Assembly (NCBI GenBank): GCA_038064195.1
Contig: JBBTTO010000002.1
Coordinates: forward strand, 333,356-397,355
DNA: 64,000 nucleotides
Direction: 5' to 3'
From: Patescibacteria group bacterium
GTDB lineage: Bacteria; Patescibacteriota; Microgenomatia; Levybacterales; UBA12049
The position numbers and the translations under genes are program-made. The notes beneath the pieces were generated by a model that saw only the letters and a program-made list of their open reading frames with translations, did no database searches and was not told where the DNA came from. Shown in pieces: positions 18,184 to 29,328 of the stretch (position 1 is its first letter; each line of letters starts with the position of its first letter).

Positions 18184-18241
18184 GGGAATTACAGCCATTT
18201 TATTAAACACACATGGCTGGTATGTGCTATAATTAGCCTCT

Positions 18242-21058
18242 ATGCTTCCCTTACTTGGTAAATTTTTCGACAGTAATGATCGTGAGATTACCAACCTCTC
18301 GAGTACTGTTAAAGCTATTAATGACCTCGATTCAAAGATTAAAAAACTGAAGGATACGGATTTTCCTAAACGAACTCAGGAACTTCGTGATCGGGTAGCT
18401 AAGGGTGAGTCACTTGATCTCATCCTCCCCGAAGCATTTGCACTGGTTCGCGAAGCGGCGTCACGAACTGTCGGGCTCAGACATTATGATGTCCAGCTGA
18501 TAGCGGCTACAGTTCTTTCACGCGGAAAGATCGCCGAACAAAAAACAGGAGAGGGAAAGACAATGTCGGCAGTGCCGGCTCTGTATCTCAACTCTCTTAC
18601 AGGGAAGAGTGTCCATTTAGTAACAGTCAATGACTACTTAGCCCGTCGTGACGCCGGTTGGATGGGTCCTATCTTTCACTTCCTCGGACTAAGTGTCGCA
18701 TCAATGATCAGTGAGGCATCATTCATCTATGATCCCTCTTTTACGAAAGAAGGAGAGGTTGATGAGCGGCTTTCTCATCTCAGGCCGATTACCCGTCAGG
18801 AAGCGTATAAAGCGGATGTTGTTTATGGCATTAACTCAGAATTTGGTTTTGACTATCTGCGTGACAATATGGTGCAGGATCCGGAACAACTTGTACAACG
18901 GGATTTCTACTTTGCAATTGTTGATGAGGTGGATTCAGTTCTCATCGATGAGGCTCGTACCCCCCATATCATCTCAGCTCCGGATGAGGCGCCCTCTGCC
19001 AAATATTATGAATACGCTAAACTCGTTGATAAACTCAGTTCAGATACGGATTATAAGATTGATGAAAAGTTACGTACTGCTCACTTAACAGATCACGGTA
19101 TCGGGAAAATCGAGAAGCTGTACGGTCTCTCAAATATTTATGAACAGGATTTTGATACGGTTTACCATATAGAGGCTGCACTTAAAGCCCGAACTCTCTT
19201 TCATAAAGAAAAAGATTACATCGTCAAAGACGGGCAAGTCATACTGGTGGATGAATTTACCGGCAGACTCATGGAAGGACGACGGTTATCTGAAGGGCTC
19301 CACCAGGCAATTGAGGCTAAAGAAGCAGTCCCGATCCAGCGTGAGTCCAAAACCTTAGCCACGGTGTCTCTACAGAACTATTTCCGCATGTATGAAAAGC
19401 TCGCCGGTATGACCGGAACCGCACTTACTGAGGCTGAAGAATTCAACAAAATTTATAAGCTTGACGTTGTTGTCATTCCGACCCACAATCCAATCGTTCG
19501 TGAAGATCTCGCGGATGCAGTCTACAAAACAACTCGCGCTAAATTAACAGCCGTGGTCAATGAAATTGTTGAAGCCCATAAAAAGGGTCAGCCCGTACTG
19601 ATCGGGACGACTGCTATTGATAAAAATGAGATTATTTCAGAACTCTTAAAGCGTCGGGGTGTCAAACACGAAGTCCTCAATGCCAAAAATCATGCCCGTG
19701 AGGCACAAATTATCTCTCAGGCAGGGAGAAAAGGGGCAGTGACTGTCGCGACCAATATGGCCGGACGAGGAGTGGATATCATCTTAGGTGGGGCGGAGTT
19801 GGGTGGTAAAGACAGTAAAAAAGACTGGGAGAAAGCTCACAAAGAGGTTATTGAACTCGGAGGGCTTTATGTTATCGGAACTGAGCGACATGAGTCACGT
19901 CGTATCGACAACCAGCTCAGAGGCCGCTCAGGACGTCAGGGAGATCCGGGGAAGTCACAGTTCTTTGTCGCACTCGATGATGACATCATGCGGCTTTTCG
20001 GTGGTGACCGTATCGCAGGGCTGATGACACGCTTTAATATGCCAGAGGATGTACCTCTTACTCACGGACTGGTCTCAAAAGCTATCGAAAATGCTCAGGT
20101 CAAAGTCGAAGGCTTTAACTTCGATATCAGGAAGCATTTGGTCGAATATGATGATGTGCTTAACAAACAGCGGGAGATTGTGTATTCGTCAAGACGAAAA
20201 GTTGTCGAAGCAGGATATGAGACAAAAGGAGCAAAAGGGACAAAAGAGACAAAGGGAGAAAGCCCTGAGATAGATACCCTTAGGGAGGATATTACTGAGA
20301 AGATTAGAGCTTCAATTGCTGCACTCGTGACAGTGAGCAGTGAAGCAAATTCTTTTGAGGAGATGGAAGATGTAAATGGCAAAATTATTCAGGAATTTGT
20401 GACGATAGTGCCTTTTGATGAACACTCCCAAAAGCACTTAGTTGAGCAGGTACAGCAATACCATACCGCTGAGGAGAAGACTGAGTTCTTGACGAAGATT
20501 GCTGCAGATGTCTATGGTCAACGGGAAAAAGCCATGGGTGAAACAACGATGCGGAAGGTGGAGCGATTTGTCATGTTATCTGTTATAGACAATCTGTGGA
20601 TGGATCATCTCGATGCGATCGATAACCTCCGTCAGGGTATCGGACTGAGGGGCTATGCCCAGAAAGATCCGCTCGTTGAGTACAAAAATGAAGCGTATAA
20701 GATGTTTGAACAGTTGATGTGGACTATTGACGATCAGGTAGTTCATCGCATTTTCAAGATTCAAGTTCAGGAGCAGGTCCAACCAGGCCATGAGGGGCAC
20801 AATCATGGAGCATTCCAAGCCAATGTCAACTTAGATGCGGCCGTCACCAATACTCCGGAAAGTGAAGTCAGCACTGAGGTGCTCGTGCAGAAGAACGCGG
20901 AAAAAAGAAATATCGCAGAACCACGCGGAAATGAGGATCAGCGTAGTTTAGCATCTGGTTCAGCAGAAAGCAGCGCTGACAAGCATAAGCTGGGGCGAAA
21001 CGATCCCTGTTGGTGTGGCTCTGGCAAGAAGTATAAGAAATGTCATTACCCAAATTAG
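18242..21058 (+). CDS. secA: Preprotein translocase ATPase SecA
   Basis: 938 aa. DEAD-like motor domains and the C-terminal zinc-binding CWCGSGKKYKKCH. Confidence 0.97.
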   Translation: MLPLLGKFFDSNDREITNLSSTVKAINDLDSKIKKLKDTDFPKRTQELRDRVAKGESLDLILPEAFALVREAASRTVGLRHYDVQLIAATVLSRGKIAEQKTGEGKTMSAVPALYLNSLTGKSVHLVTVNDYLARRDAGWMGPIFHFLGLSVASMISEASFIYDPSFTKEGEVDERLSHLRPITRQEAYKADVVYGINSEFGFDYLRDNMVQDPEQLVQRDFYFAIVDEVDSVLIDEARTPHIISAPDEAPSAKYYEYAKLVDKLSSDTDYKIDEKLRTAHLTDHGIGKIEKLYGLSNIYEQDFDTVYHIEAALKARTLFHKEKDYIVKDGQVILVDEFTGRLMEGRRLSEGLHQAIEAKEAVPIQRESKTLATVSLQNYFRMYEKLAGMTGTALTEAEEFNKIYKLDVVVIPTHNPIVREDLADAVYKTTRAKLTAVVNEIVEAHKKGQPVLIGTTAIDKNEIISELLKRRGVKHEVLNAKNHAREAQIISQAGRKGAVTVATNMAGRGVDIILGGAELGGKDSKKDWEKAHKEVIELGGLYVIGTERHESRRIDNQLRGRSGRQGDPGKSQFFVALDDDIMRLFGGDRIAGLMTRFNMPEDVPLTHGLVSKAIENAQVKVEGFNFDIRKHLVEYDDVLNKQREIVYSSRRKVVEAGYETKGAKGTKETKGESPEIDTLREDITEKIRASIAALVTVSSEANSFEEMEDVNGKIIQEFVTIVPFDEHSQKHLVEQVQQYHTAEEKTEFLTKIAADVYGQREKAMGETTMRKVERFVMLSVIDNLWMDHLDAIDNLRQGIGLRGYAQKDPLVEYKNEAYKMFEQLMWTIDDQVVHRIFKIQVQEQVQPGHEGHNHGAFQANVNLDAAVTNTPESEVSTEVLVQKNAEKRNIAEPRGNEDQRSLASGSAESSADKHKLGRNDPCWCGSGKKYKKCHYPN

Positions 21059-21165
21059 GGTAATGAACCTGAGCCTGTCGAAGGGCCACTATCCACAACT
21101 CCCGCAGCAACAGTAAGGATAGCGCTTAAAATTTTTACCACTACCCTATCTTTCACTATAAGCAT

Positions 21166-22380
21166 CTACTCATACCGTAGAGCGTCGATTGGGGAAAGTT
21201 TGGCAGCACGTTGGGCAGGATACATTCCAAAAACTATTCCGACTAACATTGAGACACCAAACGCAACAGTGACAGCAATCGGGCTTACCACTAATGGAAT
21301 GCCAACTAAAATTGCAATAACTCCAGCGCCAAATATTCCTAGCAAAATTCCTGCTACTCCCCCAATGCCAGTCATCACGATTGCCTCGAGTAAAAATTGA
21401 AGCAAGATGTCTTTATCATCTGCGCCGATTGACTTTAGCAATCCAATTTCCTTTGTTCGTTCAGTCACCGAAACTAACATAATATTCATTACGCCGACTC
21501 CGCCAACGACAAGCGATATTGCGGAAATTGCGACAATGATTAACGTTAAGACATTTGTGATTGTTTTAACAATGGTTAAAGAATCCGTTGCACTTGCCGT
21601 AATAAAGTCGTTTTCCTCGCCTACTTTTAAGTTATGACGTTCCCGGAGCAATTCCGTTACTTGATTAATCGTTTCATTCATTAAATTTGTGTCCTTTACC
21701 TCAATATCGACTTCACGAATGGTAGAGCTTCCTGCAACCTCATTCATTGCCGTGTTGATCGGAATGAATAATGCATTATCAAAAAAACCTCCAAACAATA
21801 CGCTTCCCGATCGAGTTACTCCAATGACTTTAAATGTTTTATTAGCTATTTTTATTTTCTCGCCAACTGAATTTGTCCCTTGTCCAAAAAAAGTTTCTGA
21901 GACTTTATCACCAATGACTACTACTTGTTCAGAATTCAAATTATTATCAGCAGTAATGAATTCTCCGTGAACCATCGTAGGGTTTAAAAGATCAACTATT
22001 TCTGGGCTCATGCCATATACCAAGATTATTTTGTCGACATCATTCGCAGAAACAGATACAGATGTGGTCACGAATGCACCAACATTCTTAATGTTCGTAA
22101 GTGAAGTATCTTTTCGGATTGCTTCCACATCTTCAAGTGTGATGGTATCTGCGCCACCACCCATACTAGACATAAGACTACTTCCAGGATTTATCTGGAA
22201 AAAATTTGTGCCAAACGAGGACAATTCGTTATTCACAAAAACTACAGCACCTTGACCAATGGAGTAAATTAAAATAACTGAAGAAATACCAATGATAATT
22301 CCAAGCATCGTAAGAAATGTTCTCATCCCGTTGCTTTTTAATGAAGTAAATGCTGATTGAAATAATTCCTTAAGATCCAT
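21166..22380 (-). CDS. ABC transporter permease, MacB/FtsX family
   Basis: N-terminal TM segment, a large periplasmic domain, then a C-terminal FtsX 3-TM bundle. Confidence 0.85.
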   Translation of the reverse strand: MDLKELFQSAFTSLKSNGMRTFLTMLGIIIGISSVILIYSIGQGAVVFVNNELSSFGTNFFQINPGSSLMSSMGGGADTITLEDVEAIRKDTSLTNIKNVGAFVTTSVSVSANDVDKIILVYGMSPEIVDLLNPTMVHGEFITADNNLNSEQVVVIGDKVSETFFGQGTNSVGEKIKIANKTFKVIGVTRSGSVLFGGFFDNALFIPINTAMNEVAGSSTIREVDIEVKDTNLMNETINQVTELLRERHNLKVGEENDFITASATDSLTIVKTITNVLTLIIVAISAISLVVGGVGVMNIMLVSVTERTKEIGLLKSIGADDKDILLQFLLEAIVMTGIGGVAGILLGIFGAGVIAILVGIPLVVSPIAVTVAFGVSMLVGIVFGMYPAQRAAKLSPIDALRYE

Positions 22381-23086
22381 ATTTTTTTTTATTCATGTCA
22401 CTTACAATTTTTCCGTCAACGATATGGATTCTTCTATCTGTATAATTCGCAATCTTTTCGTCGTGAGTTATAACGGCAACAGTACTTCCTTTTTCATGAA
22501 GGTCGTGTAACAATTGCATAATTTCCCGAGAAGTTTTAGAGTCCAAATTCCCCGTGGGTTCATCTGCAAGAATAATCTCGGGATTCATAATTAAAGCTCT
22601 TGCTATAGCAACGCGCTGTATCTCCCCGCCGGAGATTTTATTCGACATATTTTGAGCTTTCTCTCCAAGCCCTACTAATTGAAGAGCTTTCATTACGCGG
22701 GATTTTCGTTCCTCACTCGGTATATGTCCATAGAGCATAGGACGTTCGACATTTTTTAAAACTGTGGTTCGTGGAAGAAGATTGTATGATTGAAAAACAA
22801 ATCCGATTTCTTTATTCCGAATTTTTGCGAGTTCACTAGAAGTATAACTACTTATATCTTTTCCTTTAAATAGATATTTTCCACTTGTTATGGTATCTAG
22901 AGCGCCAATAATATGCATTAACGTAGATTTTCCAGAACCGGACGGACCGGTAATAGATAAAAATTCCCCTTTCTTAATTGATAATGAGATTCCTTGGATA
23001 GCACGATATTTTGACCCATCTGGCATGGGGAAGTCTTTTATAATGTTTATTAGCTGAATAAGTCTTTCATCATCTTTCGTTTTCAT
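22370..23086 (-). CDS. ABC transporter ATP-binding protein (MacB/LolD-like)
   Basis: Walker A GPSGSGKST, the LSGGE signature and Walker B. Confidence 0.9.
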   Translation of the reverse strand: MKTKDDERLIQLINIIKDFPMPDGSKYRAIQGISLSIKKGEFLSITGPSGSGKSTLMHIIGALDTITSGKYLFKGKDISSYTSSELAKIRNKEIGFVFQSYNLLPRTTVLKNVERPMLYGHIPSEERKSRVMKALQLVGLGEKAQNMSNKISGGEIQRVAIARALIMNPEIILADEPTGNLDSKTSREIMQLLHDLHEKGSTVAVITHDEKIANYTDRRIHIVDGKIVSDMNKKKYGS

Positions 23087-24372
23087 AATCCTAAAAAGCT
23101 AGGCTTTTTGGCTCTTATATTCGTGAGCGCTGTAATAATTTCCTGACCTTCAGAAATGCCGTTCAAAATTTGAGTTCGCGTTTCGCCTTTTACACCAATA
23201 ATAACCGGAATATATTTCATTTCATTTTTTTCTAATACGCGAACTGACTTTAGGCCATTGTTCAAAACAACTGCCGAACTTGGTATGGTTAACACGTTTT
23301 CCAAATTTTGGGTTGTGATATCACAGTCAAATGTCATTCCTGATTTTAAAGAGGTATCATTTTCAATTTCGACATAGACTGTGTAGTTAGTCACTCCTTG
23401 TACATTTTCACCAATACTGTTGATTCTTAAAACTATCCCTTTAAACTTTTTATCTTTATATGCATCTGGTTTTATTACAACTGGTTGTCCAATTTTTATT
23501 TTTGCGATATTTGTTTGTCCCACTATTACAACTCCTTCTGATTCCTCACTATTTTTTATAATCAGCGCTGGTTTTACTGTTGGTGTCAGAGCTGACTGCG
23601 GATGTAGTGAATCGCCTTTGGAAAAGGAAATATTTTCTACAATTCCATCAATCGGAGAGTTTGCGGTTGCTGTTTTGGTCATCAGATACGCGTTATATGC
23701 ATTATCTACAGCTGCTTGGTCACGAGCAATAACTCCTTGTTGGTTTTTAAAGTTATCTTCGGCTGCAAGCCAATCATTTTGGGCTGAAATAAATTCAGCT
23801 GCGGTTCTATTCTGAATATTTGGTGTTCCATCTGAATTTTCATATGTTGAATTTGTAGAAAGATCTATATATTTCTTCCATGAGGTAAACATACTAGACT
23901 GTAATGTGTGCAAATTTGCATTTGAGGCGTCAAGAATTGATTTTGCTGCCATATAATTCGCATAGGCAGTTTTCTTTTCTTGGTCTGTTGCGCTACTTAC
24001 TACTAAAAATAAAGGCTGATTTTTGGTGACATGCTCACCGTTTTCCACATATACCTCAGATACTGTTCCGTTTGTAGGAGAGAAGATTGGTAAATTTCCA
24101 TCCGTGGTGATTAATCCGGATTCAGATACAATTTCTGCAAGAGAAGTTCTTTGTGCTTTCTCAAATACATAACCGCTTCGTGTGTCGGAGGTACGAAATA
24201 CAAATACAAGGAATACGGCTAATACAATAATAAATATCCCTAAAATACCAATCCGTTTATGTCTTAAATACAATCTCCATAAAGATCCCAATGGTCGTTG
24301 TATGCTTATATTCATGGCCCTATGATAGAGGATCTCGATTTTGGGCTCAATGATCCTGATCACTCGGCCCAA
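23083..24372 (-). CDS. HlyD/MacA-family periplasmic adaptor (membrane fusion protein)
   Basis: N-terminal TM segment, coiled-coil and beta-barrel regions. Alternative start Met21 at 24312. Confidence 0.75.
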   Translation of the reverse strand: MGRVIRIIEPKIEILYHRAMNISIQRPLGSLWRLYLRHKRIGILGIFIIVLAVFLVFVFRTSDTRSGYVFEKAQRTSLAEIVSESGLITTDGNLPIFSPTNGTVSEVYVENGEHVTKNQPLFLVVSSATDQEKKTAYANYMAAKSILDASNANLHTLQSSMFTSWKKYIDLSTNSTYENSDGTPNIQNRTAAEFISAQNDWLAAEDNFKNQQGVIARDQAAVDNAYNAYLMTKTATANSPIDGIVENISFSKGDSLHPQSALTPTVKPALIIKNSEESEGVVIVGQTNIAKIKIGQPVVIKPDAYKDKKFKGIVLRINSIGENVQGVTNYTVYVEIENDTSLKSGMTFDCDITTQNLENVLTIPSSAVVLNNGLKSVRVLEKNEMKYIPVIIGVKGETRTQILNGISEGQEIITALTNIRAKKPSFLGL

Positions 24373-24679
24373 AGGAATTAAAAAATGTTAAGTAATGTTC
24401 CACGATCATTTTGACGCAAATGGTGGAATAATAGGCTGTACCCTATTCAGAAGACACTTCCCTCCAGAGGCGGGCGGGCAAAAAATGCACTTGAGTAGTG
24501 ATTTAGGCTGATAGTTATTATAAAACTCCTTATCTAACCGCTAAAAAATAATTCAAGTACGAATGTCTCTTCTGTATACAAGGTATTTAGATTCATAGAT
24601 TTTACGTATCTCTATAACTTAGGGGTCCCATATAGCAACCATAATAATGTAGACTGGGAGAAGGATATATTTTTTATCT

Positions 24680-27358
24680 ATGGAAAGCTTCTGGTATTCA
24701 AAAAGTATTCTTGATACTCTTAAAAGTCTTCATTCTGATGAAAAGGGTTTAACTCAAGAAGAAGCGAAGGTTCGTATTGGAAAATATGGATTTAATAAGC
24801 TACCGGACGCAAAGCTGGATAGTCTGCTTTTAATTTTTCTTCGTCAATTTCAAAGTCCACTCATTTATATCCTCATTTTTGCCAGTTTAATTGTGTTTTT
24901 GATGAAGGAGTTTATTGACGGCTCTATTATTCTATTCGTACTGCTTTTCAATGCGGTCGTTGGCACAATTCAAGAGGGTAAGGCTCAAAATACCCTCCTA
25001 GCGTTAAAAAAGTTTGCTGAGACTAATACTAAAGTGCTTCGTGATGGCAAAGAGCTTGTTATTCCTGACTATGAAGTTGTACCAGGGGATATGGTAATGC
25101 TGCAGGAAGGGGATAAAGTTCCAGCTGATGCCAGAATAATTATTTCTAATAATCTAACAGTTGATGAAGCAGCTTTAACTGGAGAGTCAGAACCAGTTTC
25201 CAAAGTTGATGAACTATTGTCCGCTACAAATCTAACCACGGCCGATCAAAAAAATATGGTTTTTAAAGGAACGAATGTTGTGGCTGGAAATGGCAAAGCA
25301 ATTGTAGTGGCTACAGGTCTGGAGACTGTTTTGGGGAAAATATCAAAAGAAATAGCTGTTATCAATACGGAAATTCCTCTTAAGGCAAACATACGTTACC
25401 TAACAAGACTGATTATTATAACCGTTTTCACAATTTGTACTTCTATATTTATTCTTGGAATTTTCCTAGGCCACTCAGTAAGGGAAATGTTTACTACAGT
25501 TGTGTCTCTTGCTGTATCTATTATTCCGGAAGGTTTGCCAATTGTTATGACATTGGTCCTTGCAACAGGTGTATGGAGAATGAGTAAGCGTAACGCTTTA
25601 GTTAAAAAGTTACAAGCAGTTGAGGCATTAGGTCAGGCACAAGTTATCGCAGTTGATAAAACAGGCACCCTTACCGAGAACAAAATAATTCTGCAAAAAT
25701 TATATGTTGATGGGAAGACTTTTACAGTAGCGGGCGAAGGATACAAACCTGAAGGAGACATAATGCTTGATGGTAGCAAGATTGACCCACTCAGCCATCA
25801 GGATTTACTTTTATGCGGGAAAATAGCAGCTTTGGGTACGAATGCCGGTATTGTATTGAATGAAGAAAATAAAACATGGGAGGTAACCGGTGACCCTACG
25901 GAATCAGCCTTATCAGTCTTTGCTCAAAAAGTAGGATTTCATAAAGACGTTTTGGAAAAAGAGTCACCAAAAATTTCTGAGATACCGTTTGACTATAAAA
26001 CTAAATATCATGCCACAACACACAAGGTAGATGGAGCTATTTTTACAACAATAATTGGTGCTCCTGAGGAAATTCTAGATGTAGCTTCTAAATTTTGGCA
26101 TGATGGCAAAAGCCAACTAGTAACTGCCGAGAAAAAAAAGGAGTTAGAATCCAATCTTATCGGGATGTATGGACAGGGCTTACGCGTGTTAGCGTGCGCT
26201 ATAAAAGATGAATCACCTGAAGAGTTACAGCCAACGGATATTAATGACCTTACCTTTGTTGGATTTATGGGGTTGAAGGACGCTCTCAGACCGGAGGTGC
26301 ATGAGGCTGTTGCGGAAGCAATATCTGCCGGAATAAAAGTAGTCATGATTACCGGAGACCATAAAATCACGGCAGAGGCTATTGCAAGAGAGGCGGGAAT
26401 TTATCACGACGGAGACACTATCCTAACAGGTGAAGATATTGAATCACTGTCCAATGAAGAATTTGTCGGGGTGCTTGAAAAGGTATCAGTTTTTGCAAGA
26501 GTTACACCTGAGGACAAGCTAAAAATAGTTCTTGCTTACAAAAAGAAAGGATTGGTTATAGCTATGACCGGGGATGGGGTAAATGACGCCCCATCGCTTG
26601 TCGCAGCAGATTTAGGGGTCTCAATGGGTAGAATCGGGACAGAAGTGGCAAAGGAAGCCTCAGATATAGTTCTTCTTGATGATAATTTCACAAGCATTGT
26701 TGCAGCTATAGAGGAAGGTCGTAGTATTTATAAAACTATTAAAAAAGTCATTCTGTACCTTTTTTCTACCAGTTTTGGGGAAGTATTTACAATTGTCGGA
26801 GCATTGTTGCTTGGGCTTCCTTTGCCAATTCTGGCCGCTCAGATTGTATGGCTAAACTTTGTGACTGATGGTTTTTTGGATGTCTCTTTGGCTATGGAAC
26901 CTAAAGAAGGAGATTTGCTTAAAGGGACATTTAAGCATCCCAGTAAGTATTTATTAGATAAGTTGTCTCTAGAGAGAATGTTTTTGATGGCAGTTCCAAT
27001 GATGGTTGGTACGCTCTTTCTTTTTAGCAGATATTATCAGGGCGATATAGTTAAAGCCGGGACCATTTCATTAACTGTTCTGGCTGTTTTTCAGTGGTTC
27101 AATGCTTGGAATTGTAGGCATGAAAGCAAGTCAATTTTCCAACTGAATCCCTTTTCTAACAAGTTTTTGGTTGGTGCTACTATTATTGTTGCTTCTCTTC
27201 AGGTAGTTGCTATATATGTACCATTTATGCAAAAAATACTACAGACCACAGGCTTGAATTTATTTGACTGGATTATAGTTATCTTTGTTGCCTCATCAAT
27301 AATTTTGGTTGAGGAGCTGAGGAAATTACGCTACAGGAGAGCTCATAACCTCAAGTGA
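24680..27358 (+). CDS. P-type cation-transporting ATPase, P2-type (Ca2+-ATPase-like)
   Basis: DKTGTLTEN phosphorylation motif, TGDGVNDAPSL and a 10-TM topology. Confidence 0.9.
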   Translation: MESFWYSKSILDTLKSLHSDEKGLTQEEAKVRIGKYGFNKLPDAKLDSLLLIFLRQFQSPLIYILIFASLIVFLMKEFIDGSIILFVLLFNAVVGTIQEGKAQNTLLALKKFAETNTKVLRDGKELVIPDYEVVPGDMVMLQEGDKVPADARIIISNNLTVDEAALTGESEPVSKVDELLSATNLTTADQKNMVFKGTNVVAGNGKAIVVATGLETVLGKISKEIAVINTEIPLKANIRYLTRLIIITVFTICTSIFILGIFLGHSVREMFTTVVSLAVSIIPEGLPIVMTLVLATGVWRMSKRNALVKKLQAVEALGQAQVIAVDKTGTLTENKIILQKLYVDGKTFTVAGEGYKPEGDIMLDGSKIDPLSHQDLLLCGKIAALGTNAGIVLNEENKTWEVTGDPTESALSVFAQKVGFHKDVLEKESPKISEIPFDYKTKYHATTHKVDGAIFTTIIGAPEEILDVASKFWHDGKSQLVTAEKKKELESNLIGMYGQGLRVLACAIKDESPEELQPTDINDLTFVGFMGLKDALRPEVHEAVAEAISAGIKVVMITGDHKITAEAIAREAGIYHDGDTILTGEDIESLSNEEFVGVLEKVSVFARVTPEDKLKIVLAYKKKGLVIAMTGDGVNDAPSLVAADLGVSMGRIGTEVAKEASDIVLLDDNFTSIVAAIEEGRSIYKTIKKVILYLFSTSFGEVFTIVGALLLGLPLPILAAQIVWLNFVTDGFLDVSLAMEPKEGDLLKGTFKHPSKYLLDKLSLERMFLMAVPMMVGTLFLFSRYYQGDIVKAGTISLTVLAVFQWFNAWNCRHESKSIFQLNPFSNKFLVGATIIVASLQVVAIYVPFMQKILQTTGLNLFDWIIVIFVASSIILVEELRKLRYRRAHNLK

Positions 27359-27465
27359 GACCTATAAACGGATGGGTTTTATTGAAGAACAGATTAATCT
27401 CGTAAAACGAATAGAGTAATTTTTTAATAATCATTAGGATCCTATGGTATACTCGAGATGAAATT

Positions 27466-28026
27466 ATGAAGATTCCCGATAATGCGAAATTGGTTTTTAA
27501 GGGGGTTATCTTTGATGTCTATCAATGGCAGCAGGAACTCTTTGACGGGAGTCAGGCTACTTTTGAAGCGCTCAAAAGGCCAGGGACCGTGCAAGTGATC
27601 CCGACAGTCGGGGATAGAGTTTTACTTTCTTATGAAGAACAGCCCGGCAAACCACGCCGTCACACTTTTTTTGGCGGACGGATGGAAGAAGGGGAGGAGC
27701 CATTGACTGCTATTAAGAGGGAACTTTTGGAAGAGACAGGTCTTCAGTCTGACGACTGGGAATTATATAAAGAATATGTATCAGGCGGTAAAATAATCTG
27801 GCCGATATATCTCTACGTTGCCCGTAACTGTAGAAAAGTTACAGAACCGCGTTTAGACCCGGGCGAAAAAATCGATATTAAAGAGTTTGGCTTTGAAGAA
27901 TTTGTCGATATTGTTTCCCGCGAGGATTTTATGGAGACACAGACCTCCAATGAAGTATTCCGTTTCAAACAAGATGCAGACAAACTTGAAGATTTCAGGA
28001 AACTTATTTTCCCTTATCACGATTGA
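27466..28026 (+). CDS. NUDIX hydrolase
   Basis: NUDIX box GGRMEEGEEPLTAIKRELLEETGL. Confidence 0.8.
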   Translation: MKIPDNAKLVFKGVIFDVYQWQQELFDGSQATFEALKRPGTVQVIPTVGDRVLLSYEEQPGKPRRHTFFGGRMEEGEEPLTAIKRELLEETGLQSDDWELYKEYVSGGKIIWPIYLYVARNCRKVTEPRLDPGEKIDIKEFGFEEFVDIVSREDFMETQTSNEVFRFKQDADKLEDFRKLIFPYHD

Positions 28027-28065
28027 GGATGTTCGCAACTTCTAACTACCTCATTTGACTCTCGC

Positions 28066-28992
28066 TTGGAAAAATGCGACCATATCTATATGAGTCTTTC
28101 GACAGGTGTGTCTTCTCAGCCGAGTAATTATCAAAAGCTGCACGCCAAATGGTCTAGGCGCCATGCAACTCTTAAAGAAAAGTTGCTCAGTAAACACAAA
28201 GAGTCTTTAGACTGGCTGTCCAAGAATGTCCCCGGGAAAGAGCATATCGCAGCGGGATCGCTTAGCGGACTTCTCCTTTTGGCTCCGCCTGCCTTTAATA
28301 GTCCCGCGGCTACTGTCTCAGGTGCAACGCAACAGGAACCCCCTTTTGAACTTTCGACACAATCAATACTGTTGAATGATTTAGGCAATGTCGTACCTCC
28401 TGATGTAGGGGTGCTTGACCCACAGGAGGAGCAGAAGATAACAACTATCTTGAGTAACCACCTGGGAACAGGAGTTACTGCTGAGATGAATGGAATTCGT
28501 ATGAATCGCAACTACGGTCTCATCGGGGCGGAGCAGCACTTGATGCGGTATCCCGGGGACACTATTGGATCTCATTTTGAGACTGATCAGGAAGCGGGTA
28601 AATTTGCCAGATCCGGAATGGCGCCGGGGAGAGGTGCTTGGGGATATTTTGCTTATTCGGCAGGTGAGATGACACAGAAGGATATCGATCGTGAGAAATA
28701 TTATATTGCCGTCCAGACATTTATGACGTCGGGGTATTCAGAACATGTGCGTGAATACTCAGAATTTTTCAAATTCCGTAAGGTACTGGTAGTCAATCCG
28801 CAAAACGGTAAAGCAATGGTAGTCGTGATCGGGGATGCGGGACCGGCGGTCTGGACGGGCAAGCAGTTAGGAGGATCACCGGAGGTGATGTCGTATCTTG
28901 AGCGGGTGGACGGAGCAGCTCGTGGGCCGGTACTCTATTTCTTTATTGATGATCCTGATGATAAAATTCCTTTAGGGCCGATAAATATCTGA
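28066..28992 (+). CDS. Hypothetical membrane-anchored protein with a possible RlpA-like double-psi beta-barrel C-terminal domain
   Basis: TM segment around residues 60-77. C-terminal NGKAMVVVIGDAGP...GKQLGG resembles the RlpA NGxSVVVRINDRGP pattern. The resemblance is weak. Confidence 0.5.
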   Translation: MEKCDHIYMSLSTGVSSQPSNYQKLHAKWSRRHATLKEKLLSKHKESLDWLSKNVPGKEHIAAGSLSGLLLLAPPAFNSPAATVSGATQQEPPFELSTQSILLNDLGNVVPPDVGVLDPQEEQKITTILSNHLGTGVTAEMNGIRMNRNYGLIGAEQHLMRYPGDTIGSHFETDQEAGKFARSGMAPGRGAWGYFAYSAGEMTQKDIDREKYYIAVQTFMTSGYSEHVREYSEFFKFRKVLVVNPQNGKAMVVVIGDAGPAVWTGKQLGGSPEVMSYLERVDGAARGPVLYFFIDDPDDKIPLGPINI

Positions 28993-28998
28993 CCATAT

Positions 28999-29328
28999 AT
29001 GCGAAAAAAACAGTTTTATAGTCATATCATTGAGACAGAGTCAGTCGTTGTCAGACTGCATGAAATGGAGTTGAAGGATGAGGAAAAAGAGCATCTCCAA
29101 AGCCTCATGGAATCAAGCTTGCACCATACTATATTAGATGCTATTCTGTCAGAGTTAAGCCCAAGTGATAAAAAACTCTTCCTGTCGGTACTCGCAAGCG
29201 ATGACCATGAGGCAATCTGGAAGTTTTTGAAAGAGAAAATTGACGGGATAGAGGGGAAAATCCAGAAGGTCGCAGACGAACTAAAAAAAGAGCTTCACGA
29301 AGATATTGACGAGGTACATAGACCATGA
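28999..29328 (+). CDS. Hypothetical small acidic helical protein
   Basis: 109 aa with no recognisable motif. Its stop overlaps the next start (ATGA). Confidence 0.45.
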   Translation: MRKKQFYSHIIETESVVVRLHEMELKDEEKEHLQSLMESSLHHTILDAILSELSPSDKKLFLSVLASDDHEAIWKFLKEKIDGIEGKIQKVADELKKELHEDIDEVHRP